DNA of 64,000 nt from an uncultured Acidobacteriota bacterium (lineage in GTDB: Bacteria; Acidobacteriota; Thermoanaerobaculia; UBA5066; DATFVB01): assembly GCA_963813155.1 (NCBI GenBank), contig CAWEYG010000001.1, positions 448,001-512,000 on the forward strand. Reading direction: 5' to 3'. Shown one piece after another: positions 61,943 through 64,000 of the stretch. The translations under genes and the position numbers were made by a program. Position 1 is the first letter of the stretch; each line of letters starts with the position of its first letter. The notes under the pieces were generated by a model. That model had not been told where the DNA came from. It saw only the letters and a program-made list of their open reading frames with translations, and searched no databases.

Positions 61943-63440
61943 GTGGAAGAATTTCGTCGAATCGCCGCCCTTCTGATCGCGCTCGCGCTCCCGGCTGCGC
62001 TGGGCGCGCAGGACCCCGGCCGGGCGCCCGAAATGGAATTCGCGAGCGGGTTTGCCAACGTCTCCCTCGTCTCTGACGAGACGCCGCCTCCGCCCGTCGA
62101 TCCCAACGCGCACGGCACCGCGCCGATGCAGGGGCACGAGACGACGGCGCCGAGGCCGAAGCACTTCTTCACCGGCGTTTCGGAAATCGTCCTGCTCGAG
62201 GCGATCCCCTGGGCCTTCGATCGATACGTCGACAACGAGGACTTCTCCCGCATCTCCACGCACACCGTGAGCGAGAATTTCCACCGTGGCTTCGGGTTCG
62301 ACCGCGATCACTTCAATGTCAACCAGTCTTCGCACCCGTACCACGGCAGCCTCTTCTTCGAAGCCGGGCGATCGAACGGTTACACGTACTGGGAATCCGG
62401 TTTTTTCGCGCTCGCGGGAAGCCTCGCGTGGGAATGCTGCATGGAAAACGACCGCCCGTCCACGAACGACGTCGTGAACACGACGCTCGGCGGCATGACG
62501 CGCGGCGAGATCTCGCACCGGCTTTCGATCATGATTCTCGACAACACCGCTAGCGGGATCGAACAGATTCTTCCGAGAGCTCGGAGCGGCGATCGTCAAC
62601 CCCGTCAATGCGCTTTCGCGCCTCGTCCACGGCGACATGACGCGCGACTATCCGAACCCGGAGGAGCGCTTCCCGAACAGCTTCAGCATCGCGGCCGATA
62701 TCGGCTACCGGCACATCGAGCCGGACGCCGGACATCCGAATCAGGGGACGCTGTCGTTCTCGGCCCTGTACGGAGATCCGTTCGGCGGGGATATCCAGAA
62801 GCCTTTCGATTCGTTCTGGGTCGGGTTCGACGTGAACACTCCGGGCGGCACCTCCATTTCCCGCATCGAGGAGCGCGGCATCCTGAAAGGCTGGGAGCTG
62901 ACCGACCCTTCCGACTCCGCGCGCCACATCTTCGGCTTCGCTCAGGAATATGAGTACCTGAACAACGAATCCCAGGTCGTCGGCGCCCAGATGTTTTCGG
63001 CCGGCCTGCTCTCGCGCTACAAGATCGGCAAGCTCGCGGCGGCGACCGATTTCAGCCTGCTCGCGATTCCGCTCGCGGGAATCCGAACGACCGACTTCGA
63101 GAATCCCGAGACGGGCCGCAACTACGATTACGCGCCGGGGGGCGGCGTCCGGGCGGCCGTGCGGCTCTTCGGAGGCGCGCGCGAGCTCCTCGCGGTGGGT
63201 TACGGCGTCGCCTGGGCTCACACGGTCAACGGAGTTTCGAAGAACAACACGCTGCAGTTTTTTCGCGCGACGGCGCGGATCCCGATCGCGGGGCCGCTCG
63301 GCGTCGGCGGAGGGTACTGGTGGTACAGCCGGCAGACGACCTATGCCGGCTTCGCCGAACCGCGGAAAACGCAGTCGGAATGGAGAGCCTTCCTGAATCT
63401 CGCGTTCGGCGGCTCGGACCTTCGCAAGACCGGAAACTGA
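61943..63440 (+). CDS. DUF3943 family outer-membrane protein, indel near 62570
   Basis: D.D.F.VNQ..HPYHG, R.NG...WES, WE...E...PS.ND..NT; beta-barrel-like C-terminal half. Confidence 0.8.
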
Positions 63441-63446
63441 CCGGCG

Positions 63447-63926
63447 CTACAGCGTCCGGTAATACGCGATCAGGTCGAGGGGCGGCGGCGCCTGTCCCAT
63501 CGATCGGAGGAAGCCCGCGACCTGGCCCCGATGGTGCGTGCCGTGGTTGACGACGTGGAGCGCGATCTGCCAGATCGGAGAGACCCACGGGTTTCCTTTC
63601 AGGTCGGTGTAGGAGAGCCGCTCTTCGACGGACGCCTCCGTCAACCCGGCCGCCCACCGTTTCCATCGCCCGTACAGCTCCGCCCATTCGGCGGAAAGGC
63701 GCGAGAGGTCGTATCCCTGCGGCCGCTCCTGCGGTTTTCCCTCGATTCGCGCGAGCCACGCTCGGTCGGCGCCGAAAATGTGCGTCAGGGTCCCGAGCAC
63801 GCTCTTGTCCGCCGTGCCGAAATCGCGCTCGAGCTGCTCCGAGGAGAGCTTGCCGGCCTCTTCGAGCAGGCGGTTCGTCGCCCACTCGGTGTAGTCGAAA
63901 TGGATCCGAATGGTCTCCGGACTCAC
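63447..63926 (-). CDS. DinB family protein
   Basis: Y..WAT, S..GTL.HI..A..W, HVVNHGTHHRGQ. Confidence 0.92.
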   Translation of the reverse strand: MSPETIRIHFDYTEWATNRLLEEAGKLSSEQLERDFGTADKSVLGTLTHIFGADRAWLARIEGKPQERPQGYDLSRLSAEWAELYGRWKRWAAGLTEASVEERLSYTDLKGNPWVSPIWQIALHVVNHGTHHRGQVAGFLRSMGQAPPPLDLIAYYRTL

Positions 63927-63935
63927 GTGCATACT

Positions 63936-64000
63936 CTACGCCCCCTTCTTCGCCGCGAGCGCTCTTTCCCTTTTCTCCATTTCCTCGGGCGAGACGTCCT
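63936..64000 (-). CDS. 3' end of a gene running off the window
   Basis: DVSPEEMEKRERALAAKKGA-TAG. Confidence 0.4.
   Translation of the reverse strand, partial: DVSPEEMEKRERALAAKKGA

Noticed and set aside
1-64000. tRNA, rRNA, prophage or anti-phage defence genes
   Set aside because: No recognisable signatures found by eye.

Overview
High-GC bacterial window. The gene content suggests Acidobacteriota (inference only). Many single-base indels are most likely long-read or consensus errors. It holds about 60 mostly accessory genes: a DUF1800/DUF1501 pair, rho, lemA-TPM-TPM, peptidases (M13, M3, aspartyl), PPK2, Bcp, MsrA, many secreted hypotheticals, and a redox cluster (UBP Zn-finger, SulP-cNMP, RutE-like nitroreductase, cNMP-TrxB-like, MFS, pirin). 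No rRNA, tRNA or CRISPR array was seen. Main observations: (1) an AhpD-like gene split by an in-frame UGA in a C-x-x-U motif and followed by a SECIS-like hairpin, so probably a selenoprotein; (2) about 8 intergenic mosaic elements that share ~18-bp inverted termini, carry shuffled or inverted internal modules and often abut stop codons; (3) two near-identical IS30 copies, both between the same two palindromic repeat types, with the transposase stop codon lying in the right flank; (4) a candidate anti-SD sRNA convergent with rho; (5) a candidate 5' pseudoknot behind a sigma54-like promoter; (6) an orphan HigA-like gene that keeps its operator; (7) recurrent ECF-type and leaderless promoters.
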